Shown one piece after another: positions 21,768-32,269 of a DNA stretch of 64,000 bases. Each line of letters starts with the position of its first letter. Position 1 is the stretch's first letter. Source of the DNA: Candidatus Binatia bacterium. GTDB lineage: Bacteria > Desulfobacterota > Binatia > Bin18. Location of the stretch: contig CAXXHG010000022.1 of assembly GCA_963666315.2 (NCBI GenBank), positions 40,343 to 104,342 on the forward strand. The letters run 5' to 3'. A program made the translations under genes and the position numbers. The notes beneath the pieces are model-generated. The model was not told the origin of the DNA, made no database searches, and saw nothing but the letters and a program-made list of their open reading frames with translations.

Positions 21768-22320
21768 GTGGGTTTTGTTTTGTCAGGCTTCCTTATCCCG
21801 CTTGCGCCAGCGAAAGGAGAAACGCAGAAAGGGCGAAACCCTCTTTACACCATTGCCTTTACCTCTCTTGTTCCCTGGGATTTGGATGTGTTTCTTGCCC
21901 ATGCGGACGGTTCGGAGCCCGCACCCCTCCTGTCACATCCAGCCCTTGACTACAATGCGGCTTTCTTGCCGGATGGGAAGTGTGTTGTTTTCACCTCACA
22001 CCGAGCTGGCAATGCCGACCTCTATCGGGCTCGTCTTGATGGCAGTGGCCTTGAGCGCCTCACCGATCATCCGGCCTTTGATGACGCAGCAGCCTTCTCG
22101 CCCGATAGTCAGCGGATGGCGTTCGTCTCAAGTCGCTCCGGACAGGCCGATATCTGGGTGCGAGACTTAGAGAGTCGAAAAACGTGGAATGTGACGGACG
22201 CACCCGGTGGGACTTTCGCCCAGCGTGGTCGCCGGACGGTCAGTGGCTCGCCTTCTCTTCCAATCGCGGTATGTGGAGGGAGAGCGATATTTACATCATC
22301 CGCCTTGATGGGCGGGTATG
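21768..22320 (+). pseudogene. TolB-like PD40-repeat protein fragment (frameshifted, truncated)
   Basis: FLPDGKCVVFTSHR, FSPDSQRMAFVSSR, then after a frameshift at ~22210 PAWSPDGQWLAFSSNR; homology ends soon after. Confidence 0.7.
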
Positions 22321-22544
22321 GTTTGTGGCTCCACTGAAAACCCAGGCAACGATTCTCCGCCCAGAACAATTTTTGGCGGCCCCATCTGTATCGGGAAAAG
22401 TTTCCGCAAGAGCGCCCTATTGAACTCTCCTCTCAACTGGAGGCGCGCAACCAGGCTCAGGAGGCGGCCGGACGGCTGGTATTTGAGGAGAATGATAACA
22501 GCGGCTGAGCAAAGCAGGCAGGCGTCTTCGGGAATAGGAGAGCG

Positions 22545-23615
22545 CTAGGGGCGGGAAAGAAACACTTGGTGATACGGATTCTTGATGGGCAGCTTCTCGA
22601 ACGTGGCGAACCCCGCCTCCACGGCTAGGCTGCGCGCCAGATTCTCGCCGATAGCAGAGCCCAGGCCCTCGCCGTTTTGAGCCAACGACACTGTTAGGCA
22701 GTGCATCGTGCTGGCGCCGTACAGGGTGCGCCCGAACGTATTGAGATTGTCCTCAAGCTGGTCGGATACCTCAGCTTCCGACCACAGAAAAGCGCCGTTG
22801 GGCTTCAACACGCGGCGAATACCAGCCAGCGCCGCCCGCGGCTGCGCCATGTCGTGAATGCAATTGAAGGCCATGACCACGTCAAACCGCTCCTCGAAGG
22901 GGAGACTTTCTGCCGCAATCTGCTCAAAAGAAAGGCGGTCGCCAATCCCCGCTCGTTTGGCTTTCTCCCGAGCCCGCTCAAGCGAAGCCGCATCAACATC
23001 GTAACCGCGGAATCGTGCTGTGGGGAACGCAGCAGCGACCGGAATGAGACATTGCCCAGCGCCGCAGCCGACTTCCGCCGCCTCGCCGCCGTGCTCCAGT
23101 GTCTGCTGAATATCCGGTACCGCCGGAATCCACTGATCAGCCACCCACGTCTCATAGCCGACGTGGAACAGGCGCTCGATAGCTTCGACTATGTCTGGGC
23201 CGAAATCGGTAAATGGTACCCCGCCGCCGTTTTGAAAGACGTTCATCAGCTTATCCAGCTGTCGATAGCAGGCGACGGCGTACTGGAACGCCCCCGCCGT
23301 GAAGAAGGTTGTGTCTTCGTTTGCCAGGACCATGGCCTGCTCGGGGTTCATCCGGAACCTGCCCTCCGCCGGGCTGTAGTCGAGATAGCCGGCCGCCGCC
23401 ATTGTGGCCGCCCATTCGCGTACGTAGCGCTCGGTCAGCCCAGTTTGCGTCGCGATTTCTGCCGTGGTCAGAGCCGTGCCTGGCGCCAGCGCTTTGAACA
23501 GGCCCAAGCGATCTCCCACATATGCCAGCGCAACCGTCATGGCCGCCCCGAAGTCGGTGCCGACCTGGCGGGCAAGCGCGGCGACTTTTTTCCGATCGTA
23601 TCCATCGGAGTCCAT
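22545..23615 (-). CDS. Class I SAM-dependent methyltransferase with N-terminal winged HTH (Rv2258c-like)
   Basis: GDRLGLFKAL, ERYVREW, EVGCGAG, CIHDM, GASTMHCLTVSLA. Confidence 0.88.
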   Translation of the reverse strand: MDSDGYDRKKVAALARQVGTDFGAAMTVALAYVGDRLGLFKALAPGTALTTAEIATQTGLTERYVREWAATMAAAGYLDYSPAEGRFRMNPEQAMVLANEDTTFFTAGAFQYAVACYRQLDKLMNVFQNGGGVPFTDFGPDIVEAIERLFHVGYETWVADQWIPAVPDIQQTLEHGGEAAEVGCGAGQCLIPVAAAFPTARFRGYDVDAASLERAREKAKRAGIGDRLSFEQIAAESLPFEERFDVVMAFNCIHDMAQPRAALAGIRRVLKPNGAFLWSEAEVSDQLEDNLNTFGRTLYGASTMHCLTVSLAQNGEGLGSAIGENLARSLAVEAGFATFEKLPIKNPYHQVFLSRP

Positions 23616-23716
23616 GCTGCTATCCCCTCTCACTCACTGTGTTCACAGCGAGAACCCTGGATCGAAAAACTCGCTATCCAAAGATGTGCCTGTTATGCTC
23701 ATGCGAGCCCAGCTTT

Positions 23717-24730
23717 CTATTCTCCCTCTCTCAGAGCTGGAATGATGTCGCGGCCGTAAATCTCAAGCGTTTGTTCTTCCTCGCCGCTCATCAGATAAAT
23801 ATTGAATTGGGTCACACCCGCGCGCTGCAGCTCGCGGAGCCGGCGGACGTGCTCCTGCACCGATCCGACAATACAAAAGCGGTCCACGACCTCGTCAGAG
23901 ACAAAGCCTTCATTCGCGCTGCTCACCTCACAGTGTTGAAGATAATCGTAGCCGTGGCGGGTGCGTACATAGGTGGTCAGGCTCTTGGGTAGTTCTTCGG
24001 CTGGGTAGCGCGAGAGGAGGTCTACGACGTGGTTTGACACTAATGCCGGGAACCAGCGAACCTGCTCGCGTGCCGCGGCGAGGTCTTCTGAGGGCCACAC
24101 CGCAGCAGCGCTCATGACCCGAATGGTGGACGCGTCCCGGCCTGCCATGTGCGCTCCTTCGTGGACAAACCCCAGGCACCACTGAATCAATGCTGGATCG
24201 GCGAACTGAAAGATCACACCCTCTGCGACCCGACCCGCGCACCGCAGCACCTTCGGGCCGTAGCCAGCGATCCAGACTGGCGGGATACCTGCATCTGCCC
24301 ATGGGATCTGGATGGGCTGCCCTTGGTAGTTGACCTGTTTCCCAGCGGTCAAGTCATGAATCAGGTGAACCGTCTCCTCGAGCCGCACGACTGTGGCCTG
24401 TTTTTTCCCCATGACGCGCCGCGAGCTGTCGCCGCGGCCAATACCCAGGTCCATCCGGCCGTGCGAGACGCGGTTGAGTGTGGCGAGCAGGCTTGCCGTT
24501 ACCGTGGGATCACGCACCAACGGGTTGGTCACGCACGTGCCGAGACGCATCCGCTCCGTGTTGGCCGCCATCAGCGTAAGCATGGGGTAGGGATCTTGCC
24601 AGATGATATGGGAATCAAAGGACCAGCCATACGTAAAACCGGCCGCCTCGGCCTGACGGGTGAGATTCACAAGACGCTCCGGCTTCATGTCCTTGTCAGG
24701 CTTAAACGTGATTGCAAATTCAAGCATCAC
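23717..24730 (-). CDS. LLM class oxidoreductase, F420-dependent-like (TIGR03842-type)
   Basis: GWSFDSHIIWQDPY, LGTCVTNP, GIGRGDSSRRVMG, AGYGPK. Confidence 0.8.
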   Translation of the reverse strand: MMLEFAITFKPDKDMKPERLVNLTRQAEAAGFTYGWSFDSHIIWQDPYPMLTLMAANTERMRLGTCVTNPLVRDPTVTASLLATLNRVSHGRMDLGIGRGDSSRRVMGKKQATVVRLEETVHLIHDLTAGKQVNYQGQPIQIPWADAGIPPVWIAGYGPKVLRCAGRVAEGVIFQFADPALIQWCLGFVHEGAHMAGRDASTIRVMSAAAVWPSEDLAAAREQVRWFPALVSNHVVDLLSRYPAEELPKSLTTYVRTRHGYDYLQHCEVSSANEGFVSDEVVDRFCIVGSVQEHVRRLRELQRAGVTQFNIYLMSGEEEQTLEIYGRDIIPALREGE

Positions 24731-24756
24731 TCCTCTCCCTCAGAAGTCCGTGTCGC

Positions 24757-25551
24757 TCATACCGAGAGACGGCTCCCCAAGAATTCGAGCATAGCCGCGT
24801 TACACGCCTCGGGATTATCCTCAATCACCATGTGGCCAGCGTTGGGAATATCGAACCATCGACTGCCAGGGATGCACTTGACCATCTCTTCACAGGTGGG
24901 AGCGCTCAACACGTCTGACACACCACCGCGCACGATGAGGGTGGGACAGCGTATCTGGCTCAGAAGAGCCCACGTCTGCTGCGGATCGTCAGGCTTCAGG
25001 TTGGGATCAAATATGGCTTGATCTATCCGCCACTCGATCTTGCCATCCGATCCCTCTTTGAGCATCCATTGGAGGCGTGTTTGGTGGTTCTCTTCTGACG
25101 CCTTGGGGTGACGCATTTTCAGAAAAGCCTTGGCCTCCAGCCACGAGTCAAATCCTGCCGGAGTTTCGCCCAATTCGGTGCGCATGCGCTGCATTCCTGC
25201 GTGATCAACCTCTGGACCGATGTCTAGAATACACAGAGCCCGCACTCGGTCAGGATGACGAGCGGTGTAGTGAATGGCATTGAGGCCGCCCATCCAGTGG
25301 CCAACCAGGATCACCTTGTCGAGCTGGAGTGTATCGACAAAGGCTTCCACGTCCGAGACATAAGCTTCTCTTGTGTAATTGCCGTCGGGTGCCCAGTCCG
25401 TCTCACCCCAGCCCCGCTGATCGAGGGCGAGGACGCGATAATAATCTTTCACGACCAGTGCGAATTCGTCGAACCAATGACCGTAGGCTCGCAAGCCGTA
25501 CAGGCAAACTATCGGCGTGGCCTGTTCATTTCCCCAATCAACGTAATGCAT
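24757..25551 (-). CDS. Alpha/beta hydrolase, probably inactive (nucleophile elbow GHWMGG)
   Basis: HYVDWG, LDQRG, GHWMGG in place of GxSxG, AGHMV; the frame is open ~18 codons further upstream but has no standard start after GGAG. Confidence 0.75.
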   Translation of the reverse strand: MHYVDWGNEQATPIVCLYGLRAYGHWFDEFALVVKDYYRVLALDQRGWGETDWAPDGNYTREAYVSDVEAFVDTLQLDKVILVGHWMGGLNAIHYTARHPDRVRALCILDIGPEVDHAGMQRMRTELGETPAGFDSWLEAKAFLKMRHPKASEENHQTRLQWMLKEGSDGKIEWRIDQAIFDPNLKPDDPQQTWALLSQIRCPTLIVRGGVSDVLSAPTCEEMVKCIPGSRWFDIPNAGHMVIEDNPEACNAAMLEFLGSRLSV

Positions 25552-25753
25552 CTTCAGGCCGTTGATCGTTTCATCACGACTTGTCGCTTGGGTTGGTATG
25601 GTTACAACTCCGTTTTGATTTTAAGACTAAATCAGGTCCCATGAGACTCGTACACAACCACGACAAGCGGTGATTTCACTCAGGCGCGTTCCTCTGCCCA
25701 CCTCCGCCCAGGCACTTCATGATGCCGTTGCTAAACGGCTTCCTGCCACGTCC

Positions 25754-25804
25754 GCCTGAGGCTCAAGCCTCAGGCTCAGTATACCAAGCCCGGTAAACCG
25801 GGCT
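25754..25804. repeat. Double-hairpin intergenic repeat
   Basis: GCCTGAGGCT-ca-AGCCTCAGGC and AGCCCGGT-aa-ACCGGGCT perfect palindromes. Confidence 0.6.
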
Positions 25805-26017
25805 CCCCGCTCAACCTTTTAGGGGGCGGAGCTCCCTTTGTAATTTAAGCCTGGTGCTTCAGCGCCAGGCGGGGGGTGGCGTCCGGCAGCGGCACTCGCA
25901 TTTTGCAACAGTCTCTCTTCACGTCCGGGCGGGTGTGGGTTCATTTCAGAAAGTGCGATCCTGTACCAATCTTTTGCCTTTCGATTTAGTGGGAGAAAAC
26001 ATGGACGAGTCGTGCCG

Positions 26018-26797
26018 CTATTGCGTCACAAAGCCGCCATCGACGGCCATGGCCGTTCCTGTCACAAAAGACGCCGCGTCCGAACACAACCAGACCACGG
26101 CCTCGGCAATCTCCCCCGGCAGTCCCATCCGTCCGACAGGCTCTCTATCCTTAATTGCCTCGATGATCTGGGCGGCCAGCTCAGGCTGCGCGCGCAGGAT
26201 CTTGTCGATCATGGGGGTTTGTACCGGCCCAGGGCACACGGCGTTGACTCGAATGCCGGACTTGGCATACTCCAGCGCCGCCGTTTTGGTCAGACCGACA
26301 ACGCCGTGCTTACTGGCCGAATACGCCGGCATACCGTTCGATCCCACTAATCCAAAGTTCGAGGCAGTGTTGACGATCGCGCCCCCGCCTTGTTTCAACA
26401 TATGCGGGATCTCGTGTTTCATGCACAGCCATACCCCGGTCAGGTTGGTCGCAATAATGCGGTCCCAATTCTCTTCACTACACTCAGCCGTCTGCCTGAT
26501 GTCTCCCTGGATGCCCGCATTGTTCAAAGCACAATCCAAGCGGCCATAGATTTCTACGCCCTTCTCGATTAGTGCAGCGACCTCAGCCGCCTGAGAGACA
26601 TCGGCGCTGACAAAAATGGCCATCCCGCCAGCCTCTTCGATCAGGCGGACAGTCTCTTCTCCGCCCTCCACATCTACGTCAGCAACAACGACCTTGGCGC
26701 CTTCTCTTGCAAAAGCCAGAGCCGATGAGCGTCCAATGCCCGAGCCGCCACCAGTCACCAGCGCTACTTTTGTGTCTAATCGCCCAGCCATGGCCAT
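26018..26797 (-). CDS. Classical SDR (FabG/glucose-1-dehydrogenase-like)
   Basis: TGGGSGIG, NNAG, NTAS, YSASK, VNAVCPG, VDGG. Confidence 0.92.
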   Translation of the reverse strand: MAMAGRLDTKVALVTGGGSGIGRSSALAFAREGAKVVVADVDVEGGEETVRLIEEAGGMAIFVSADVSQAAEVAALIEKGVEIYGRLDCALNNAGIQGDIRQTAECSEENWDRIIATNLTGVWLCMKHEIPHMLKQGGGAIVNTASNFGLVGSNGMPAYSASKHGVVGLTKTAALEYAKSGIRVNAVCPGPVQTPMIDKILRAQPELAAQIIEAIKDREPVGRMGLPGEIAEAVVWLCSDAASFVTGTAMAVDGGFVTQ

Positions 26798-26824
26798 TGT
26801 TCCTTTCTTTTGTCTGCCTCAGAC

Positions 26825-27151
26825 TTATTCCACCCGTCGGAAGCGGGCGGGCACAATGGCCTCAATAATGTGGGGTTGATGATACAACTCCACCGCACTG
26901 GTGACTTCTACCAACGAGAGCGTCAGAGAGTAGAGCGGCTGCGCCCCTTCGGGTAGTTGGTCGAGGGGGAACTGGTCGAGATAGGCAACGATCGCTTCCA
27001 TTTGAGGAAAAATCGTGTCGTAGAAGGCCTGAATCTCTTCCATCGTGCTGGACAAGCGTTTTGCTCTGCGCTCACTCTCCTTGGTCAGAGTCCAGTCTAT
27101 ATAAGGTTCAAGATTCTGAAACTGCCTCGGCAACAGGGCTCCAGGCATCAC
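26825..27151 (-). CDS. Small uncharacterised protein downstream of Rieske oxygenase (copy 2)
   Basis: LPRQFQNLEPYIDWTLTKESERRAKRLSSTMEEIQAFYD...LSLVEVTSAVELY; overlaps the Rieske stop; paralog of 1712..2074. Confidence 0.82.
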   Translation of the reverse strand: MMPGALLPRQFQNLEPYIDWTLTKESERRAKRLSSTMEEIQAFYDTIFPQMEAIVAYLDQFPLDQLPEGAQPLYSLTLSLVEVTSAVELYHQPHIIEAIVPARFRRVE

Positions 27152-28341
27152 TGCCCCCGTCCGTTGAAAAAGCCCATATAGTCTTCCAACACTTTGTGAA
27201 ACTGTCGGATCTGGATCTCATCATCTTGGAGCATGAGATGTGTTTTCGCTCGTGAGGTTAAACCAATCTGTAGGGTCTCATGCGCGACGGCGTCTTCCTG
27301 GAGCACATCACAGATACGGTGGTTCAGGTATTCCTGGCTGAGCTTTTGTCCGGCGGTCTGTGCCGGTGGGAAATGAACATTTATCTCCCAGATGCAGCGA
27401 TCGACCGCTAGCGGCCAGAAATTATACGTCATGTAATGGTCGTCTTCGATGCCTCGAAACTGGAGAATGACAAAGTTTGGAAAGATCACAAAAAAGTCAA
27501 AGTCTCCCAGCATGGGCAGCCGGCTGTTGGTGGTGGCGGTATTCAACTTGTTCATGAGCGCGCCGGTCGGTGTCGGCGTACTTTCTGAATTGTACGTAGT
27601 CGACCAGACCGCGTGGTGATTATACAGCTTCACTCCTGAGAGGCGCAGATACCGATTGTCTTCAAGCACGAACATCCCAGGGAACGAGTAACGATGTTGG
27701 AAGGGCAGGTGGTAGGATTCATTCTGAGCATCCAGGGCAACCTTCCAATTGGCATTCTCTTCAACTTTATACGTGTGGGTGAGCGTTCGCTTATGGAAGG
27801 CACCGCCGCTAAGCTGGTCCGCGACTCCACCGAGGTACTCTACGAGGCCCTCTTGTGGGTCTGAATCCAGATGCACGAAGATAAACCCTTCCCAGATGTC
27901 CGTGGTTACGGGCGTGAGACCGAGCTCGCTCTTCTTGAGATCATGGAAATTATCTTCGTCCGGCACTCCTGTGAGCTGTCCTTGGGCGTTATACGCCCAG
28001 CTATGAAAATGGCAGGCAAACGCCCCGCGACAGGTGCCTGTCTCTTCCCAGACGAGCTTGTTCGAGCGATGGGAGCAGACATTGTGAAACCCACGCACGA
28101 CACCGTCCGTCCCTCGGATCACCAAAATCGAAGTTTTGCATACGGCAAGCGCACGAAGGAAATAGTCGCCTGGGTTGGGAATAGCGTCGACACGGCCGAC
28201 GTTGAGCCAGGTGCGGCGAAAAACCCGTTCGCGTTCAAGCTCAAAGTATTCCGGGGAAATGCACGATTCCGACGGGACAGGTCCCGTCCCCAGCTCGGGA
28301 TACTCTTTCGCCCAGCGTTTGTTCTCCGTGACAGTTTCCAT
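27148..28341 (-). CDS. Rieske non-heme iron oxygenase alpha subunit
   Basis: NVCSHRS...ACHFHSW, ESYHLPFQH, LQEDA; GGGAGG RBS before ATG 28341. Confidence 0.9.
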   Translation of the reverse strand: METVTENKRWAKEYPELGTGPVPSESCISPEYFELERERVFRRTWLNVGRVDAIPNPGDYFLRALAVCKTSILVIRGTDGVVRGFHNVCSHRSNKLVWEETGTCRGAFACHFHSWAYNAQGQLTGVPDEDNFHDLKKSELGLTPVTTDIWEGFIFVHLDSDPQEGLVEYLGGVADQLSGGAFHKRTLTHTYKVEENANWKVALDAQNESYHLPFQHRYSFPGMFVLEDNRYLRLSGVKLYNHHAVWSTTYNSESTPTPTGALMNKLNTATTNSRLPMLGDFDFFVIFPNFVILQFRGIEDDHYMTYNFWPLAVDRCIWEINVHFPPAQTAGQKLSQEYLNHRICDVLQEDAVAHETLQIGLTSRAKTHLMLQDDEIQIRQFHKVLEDYMGFFNGRGQ

Positions 28342-28355
28342 TTCGTTTCCCTCCC

Positions 28356-28410
28356 TTAGTTGAACTCCCCTCACAGTACTTTTGCATCTTTCAAATCTGC
28401 CGTGTCAAGG
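28356..28410 (-). pseudogene. Short 3'-tail remnant of an adenylate cyclase-AAA-TPR gene
   Basis: Translates LDTADLKDAKVL*GEFN*, matching the FDTADLKDAKALLDQLS tail at 46567. Confidence 0.6.
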
Positions 28411-28521
28411 CTTGTGGTGAACTATTTGAGTTCCGCGACTTGACACGCTGCCCGAGAGTTTGCTTATGAGTATTCAACAGATTACTGCCACAACCGGGTT
28501 GCTTTTGCCTACATCCTGTTA

Positions 28522-29237
28522 GCCAGAGCTGGGGCGGCGATGGATACGGATTAGAAATTAGCGGCGTTCATGCAGCCCGGGACGCTGTAGACCGTCTACA
28601 TGCAGCAGGTGCCCGGGTCATCAAGATACCGATAGGCGACGCGACAGGTGGGGGAGCCCTCTCAATGGCGAAAAACCCATCCATACTGAGCGATCAGGAG
28701 ATGGCTGCCATTACCCCTCAAGCCCATTCGCACGGCATGCGCGTTGTCGCACATGCCCTTAATGATATTGACGTCCAACGGGCAGCGGCGGCTGGGGTTG
28801 ATGTCCTTGCGCATACACCAACCGACCCGCTCAGCGCTAAGACGGTGAAAGCATGGTCCGGGCGCGCGGTCATTTCGACCTTGTCCGCGTTCCCCGGTTT
28901 AGCTGAACCGGCGGACAATATTCGCCGCTTGCGAGCAGGCGGTGCGACCGTGCTGCACGGCACCGATATGGGCTATACAACCTTCACCGGGATTAATCCG
29001 CAGGAGATCGAACTCTTGGCTAAGGCCGGTCTTGATAATAAAGCAATCCTCGCTGCGGGGACGACGATACCGGCACAATTCTGGGGTTTTGGGGACGGTA
29101 TTGGAACAGTGGCAGCCGGACATACCGCGAGCGTGTTACTTCTCGATGCGAACCCCGAGCGTAATCCGCTAACGCTTTCCGGGCCACTTGCCGTCTATCT
29201 TGATGGCGTACAAATGGGCCCAAATACGGCGCAGTGA
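28522..29237 (+). pseudogene. 5'-truncated amidohydrolase
   Basis: Frame open from QSWGGDGYG...GARVIKI through VVAHA, LAHTP, HGTDMG, LLLDANP; the N-terminal HxH region is absent. Confidence 0.65.
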
Positions 29238-29249
29238 GGAGCGTAGCGG

Positions 29250-29990
29250 CTAGGGCTTCACCTGTCCTCCCCGGTGTTCTCGGTACACGGCATCCCGCCA
29301 GGTAAAGATCGGTGCGTAGACGGACTCTAAGGCCGTCGGCTCAACCCACAGGGCTCGGAGCTTGGCGCCAATATTATTGGCTTGATCTTCACCGACCGTG
29401 GACGGCACGAGAAACAGCTCATCGGACGGTGGGTTCACCAAGGCGAGCATACAGGCCGTGGTTAAATCGGCTCGGGTGAACGTATCGCCCACTAAATAGC
29501 GACACTCGGTCAGCGTGTGGGCAAGAATCGTGAGACTGCGCTTGACCGTGGCCCGTGCGTGCTCTTCTCCATAGCCTGGCGAGTAGTGATACTTCTGACC
29601 CAGGAACTGACCTAGTTGCTGTACCTGGGCATCCGTCGAGTGTAGCAGCCGTCCGATGATGAGCAGTCGCGCTTGTGGTCCGAGCACTCCGTCCATGAAT
29701 TCTTCCCAGAGCATGACTTCGGCTTTTTCCTTCTCCGATTGGGGCATGAGTGCTAGCTGGGGATGGCGTTCCTCCAGCCAGTTAAGAATCGCGGTTGAAT
29801 CAGAAATCCAAGTGCCCCCGATCTCGAGCACCGGTACCTGGGCTTGACCGGTCTGTTGCTTCAACGCCTCCTCGCCAGGCCCAACTTGATAATCTACCCT
29901 CTCATAGGGTACCCCTTTGAACTCAAATCCCCAGCGTGCCCGTTCAGACCAGGGAGATTGGTAAATATAAATCAGCTTCGGAATTTCCAT
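29250..29990 (-). CDS. Glutathione S-transferase family protein
   Basis: SPWSERAR, GQAQVPVL, ISDSTAILNWLE, YLVGDTFTRADL. Confidence 0.85.
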   Translation of the reverse strand: MEIPKLIYIYQSPWSERARWGFEFKGVPYERVDYQVGPGEEALKQQTGQAQVPVLEIGGTWISDSTAILNWLEERHPQLALMPQSEKEKAEVMLWEEFMDGVLGPQARLLIIGRLLHSTDAQVQQLGQFLGQKYHYSPGYGEEHARATVKRSLTILAHTLTECRYLVGDTFTRADLTTACMLALVNPPSDELFLVPSTVGEDQANNIGAKLRALWVEPTALESVYAPIFTWRDAVYREHRGGQVKP

Positions 29991-30229
29991 CTGCTCTCCC
30001 TCCTCGCAATAGAATTGGTAACAGAATCAGCAGCAGAATCGCTGCTACTGTACCACAGCCGCTCCTTCCCAGGATAGTTATAGATAGCTATAGATAGGAT
30101 CTCGATGACTCCGTCGCCAGCTTGATTATCTCAATGACATCTTTGTATGCTACGGGCCCGAGAAGAGGGAACGGTGTGTGAGAGCAGACAAAGTCCTGAG
30201 GCGAATAATTCGCTGCATGAGGAGCAACT

Positions 30230-32269
30230 ATGAGCGGCTCGTTAGCCGAATTGCGTCAGGTGTGGAGCCCTCTCACTATCGGCCACACGACCGTCAAGCA
30301 CCGGATCATGATGACGGCTCAAACCGTTCTCTATGGAGAAGATCATATTCTCAGTGATCGTCACATCGACTACTACCGCGAACGAGCCAAGGGCGGGGTA
30401 GCACTCCTCATCAGTGAGCAGCAAGCGGGACATCGCCTCAGCAAGGGTTCCTTCTACATGGGCTGTACGGCCTGGGAAAAGCGCGCCATTCCCCAGTATG
30501 CGAAGCTGGCCGAGGCGGTGCACGCCTATGGCGCGAAACAATTTGTCCAACTCTTTGCTGCCGGCGTACACGACCAAGGGATGATGCTCATCGACGAGTG
30601 GCACCCGCTGTGGGCCGCATCGCGTACACCCTCCTTGCTGCGAAAAGAGATTCCCATGGAGATGGAGCAGGAACACATTGATGACTTGGTACAAGGTTTT
30701 GGAGAGTCGGCGCTGAACGTGCAGGTCGCCGGACTCGACGGGGTAGAGATTCACGGTGCGCACGGCTACCTGGTCGGGCAGTTTCTCAGTCCTGCCTATA
30801 ATAAGCGAACGGATCGCTATGGGGGTTCAGTCCGAAAGCGCTGCCGGCTCGCGCTGGAGATTGGCCAGAGTATCAGGCAACGAGTCGGCGCCGACTTCAC
30901 GCTTGGCCTGCGTTTGTCATTTGATGAATTTATAGGTGAGGCCGGCATTACACAGGAGCAGGCCGAAGAGCAGATCGAAATCTTTGCTTCTGCTGGCGTG
31001 TTCGATTTCTTCGACATCTCAGGCGGCGGCTATCATACCCCCCACCGGGTTGCCCCACCTATGGGGAGTGCACCAGAAGGTTTCCTGGTCCCCTTTGGGA
31101 AGCGTGCCAAGGAGATCGTTGGCGATCGGGCTAAGATATTTATTGTGGGTCGCATTCTCGACCTTGGGATGGCAGAGCAGATCCTCGCCGACGGGGCAGC
31201 CGACATGGTGGCCATGACGCGGGCTCAAATGGCTGATCCGTTTCTGGTGACCAAAGCACTCGAGGGCCGAGAACGAGAAATCACCAGATGTGTAGGGGCA
31301 AACGAGTGTGCCAACCGTCTCTTCAACAACCGCGAAGTGATCTGTCTGATGAACCCCACGGTTGGGCGTGAGCGCCAGTGGGGACACGGAACGCTCGAGT
31401 CTGTCAGAGTGAACGAAGCGAAAAAGATTCTCATTGTCGGTGGGGGACCTGCGGGAATGAAAACGGCAGCCACGGCGGCCAAGCGAGGTCATCACGTCAT
31501 CCTGCTCGAAAAAGAGCACGAACTAGGCGGACATCTGAATCTGCATAAACAGCTGCCCACCCGCGCCGAGTGGCAAAGCGCGATTGATAATCTCACGCGC
31601 GAGATGGAAACCGCCGGAGTCGAGGTACGGCTCGGCATGACGGCGACAAAGAGCCTTCTGGAAAAGGAGAGACCCGACGCCATTGTCTGCGCCACTGGCT
31701 CTACGTATGCCTCGGGCGGGGGCTTCAGTCCGCATAGATCCGAGCGCGATACCATCCCTGGCTCTGATCAGGAGCATGTCCTGGACGTTGCGACCGCTAC
31801 TACGCGCGCCCTCCGGGATCCAACCTCGCTCGGCAAGCGAGTGGTTATTCTTGACGAGACCGCAGCCTACCTTCCGCTCGGTCTCGCCGAGGTGCTGGCC
31901 ACCCAAGGGGGAGCGGAGGTCGAGGTCATTTCCCCACACCTGTTTATCGGCGAAGACACATTGAGCACTGCAGAGATGCCCGTTCTCTTCCCCAAACTTA
32001 TTGAGGCCGGGGTCCGGCTAACGGCGCAGCACCACATTGAGAAGATAGAGGGGAATAACGTCGAAACCTACAATATCTGGGGTGGGAAGCCACGTACGAT
32101 CACAGCCGTAGATACCGTTATCCTCTCTATGCTGCGGACTCCGAACGAGGCGCTGTTTCAGGAGATTCGGGGCAGCTTCCCAGAAGTCTACCGGGTCGGT
32201 GATGTTGTGGCCCCACGCAAGCTGGCTGCGGTTATTTATGAAGGAGAGAAGCTTGGACGCGAGATCTGA
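30230..32269 (+). CDS. NADH:flavin oxidoreductase (OYE barrel plus FAD/NAD domains; TMADH/FadH-like)
   Basis: GVEIHGAHGYL..QFLSP..NKRTDRYGGS, CVGANEC...C cluster motif, IVGGGPAG, VGDVVAPR. Confidence 0.92.
   Translation: MSGSLAELRQVWSPLTIGHTTVKHRIMMTAQTVLYGEDHILSDRHIDYYRERAKGGVALLISEQQAGHRLSKGSFYMGCTAWEKRAIPQYAKLAEAVHAYGAKQFVQLFAAGVHDQGMMLIDEWHPLWAASRTPSLLRKEIPMEMEQEHIDDLVQGFGESALNVQVAGLDGVEIHGAHGYLVGQFLSPAYNKRTDRYGGSVRKRCRLALEIGQSIRQRVGADFTLGLRLSFDEFIGEAGITQEQAEEQIEIFASAGVFDFFDISGGGYHTPHRVAPPMGSAPEGFLVPFGKRAKEIVGDRAKIFIVGRILDLGMAEQILADGAADMVAMTRAQMADPFLVTKALEGREREITRCVGANECANRLFNNREVICLMNPTVGRERQWGHGTLESVRVNEAKKILIVGGGPAGMKTAATAAKRGHHVILLEKEHELGGHLNLHKQLPTRAEWQSAIDNLTREMETAGVEVRLGMTATKSLLEKERPDAIVCATGSTYASGGGFSPHRSERDTIPGSDQEHVLDVATATTRALRDPTSLGKRVVILDETAAYLPLGLAEVLATQGGAEVEVISPHLFIGEDTLSTAEMPVLFPKLIEAGVRLTAQHHIEKIEGNNVETYNIWGGKPRTITAVDTVILSMLRTPNEALFQEIRGSFPEVYRVGDVVAPRKLAAVIYEGEKLGREI

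Noticed and set aside
22701-25021. Long + strand ORFs 22701..23759 and 24149..25021 (also 6529..7278, 9798..10511, 16598..17338, 56998..57780)
   Set aside because: Antisense shadows of well-supported genes in GC-rich DNA, with no recognisable motifs.
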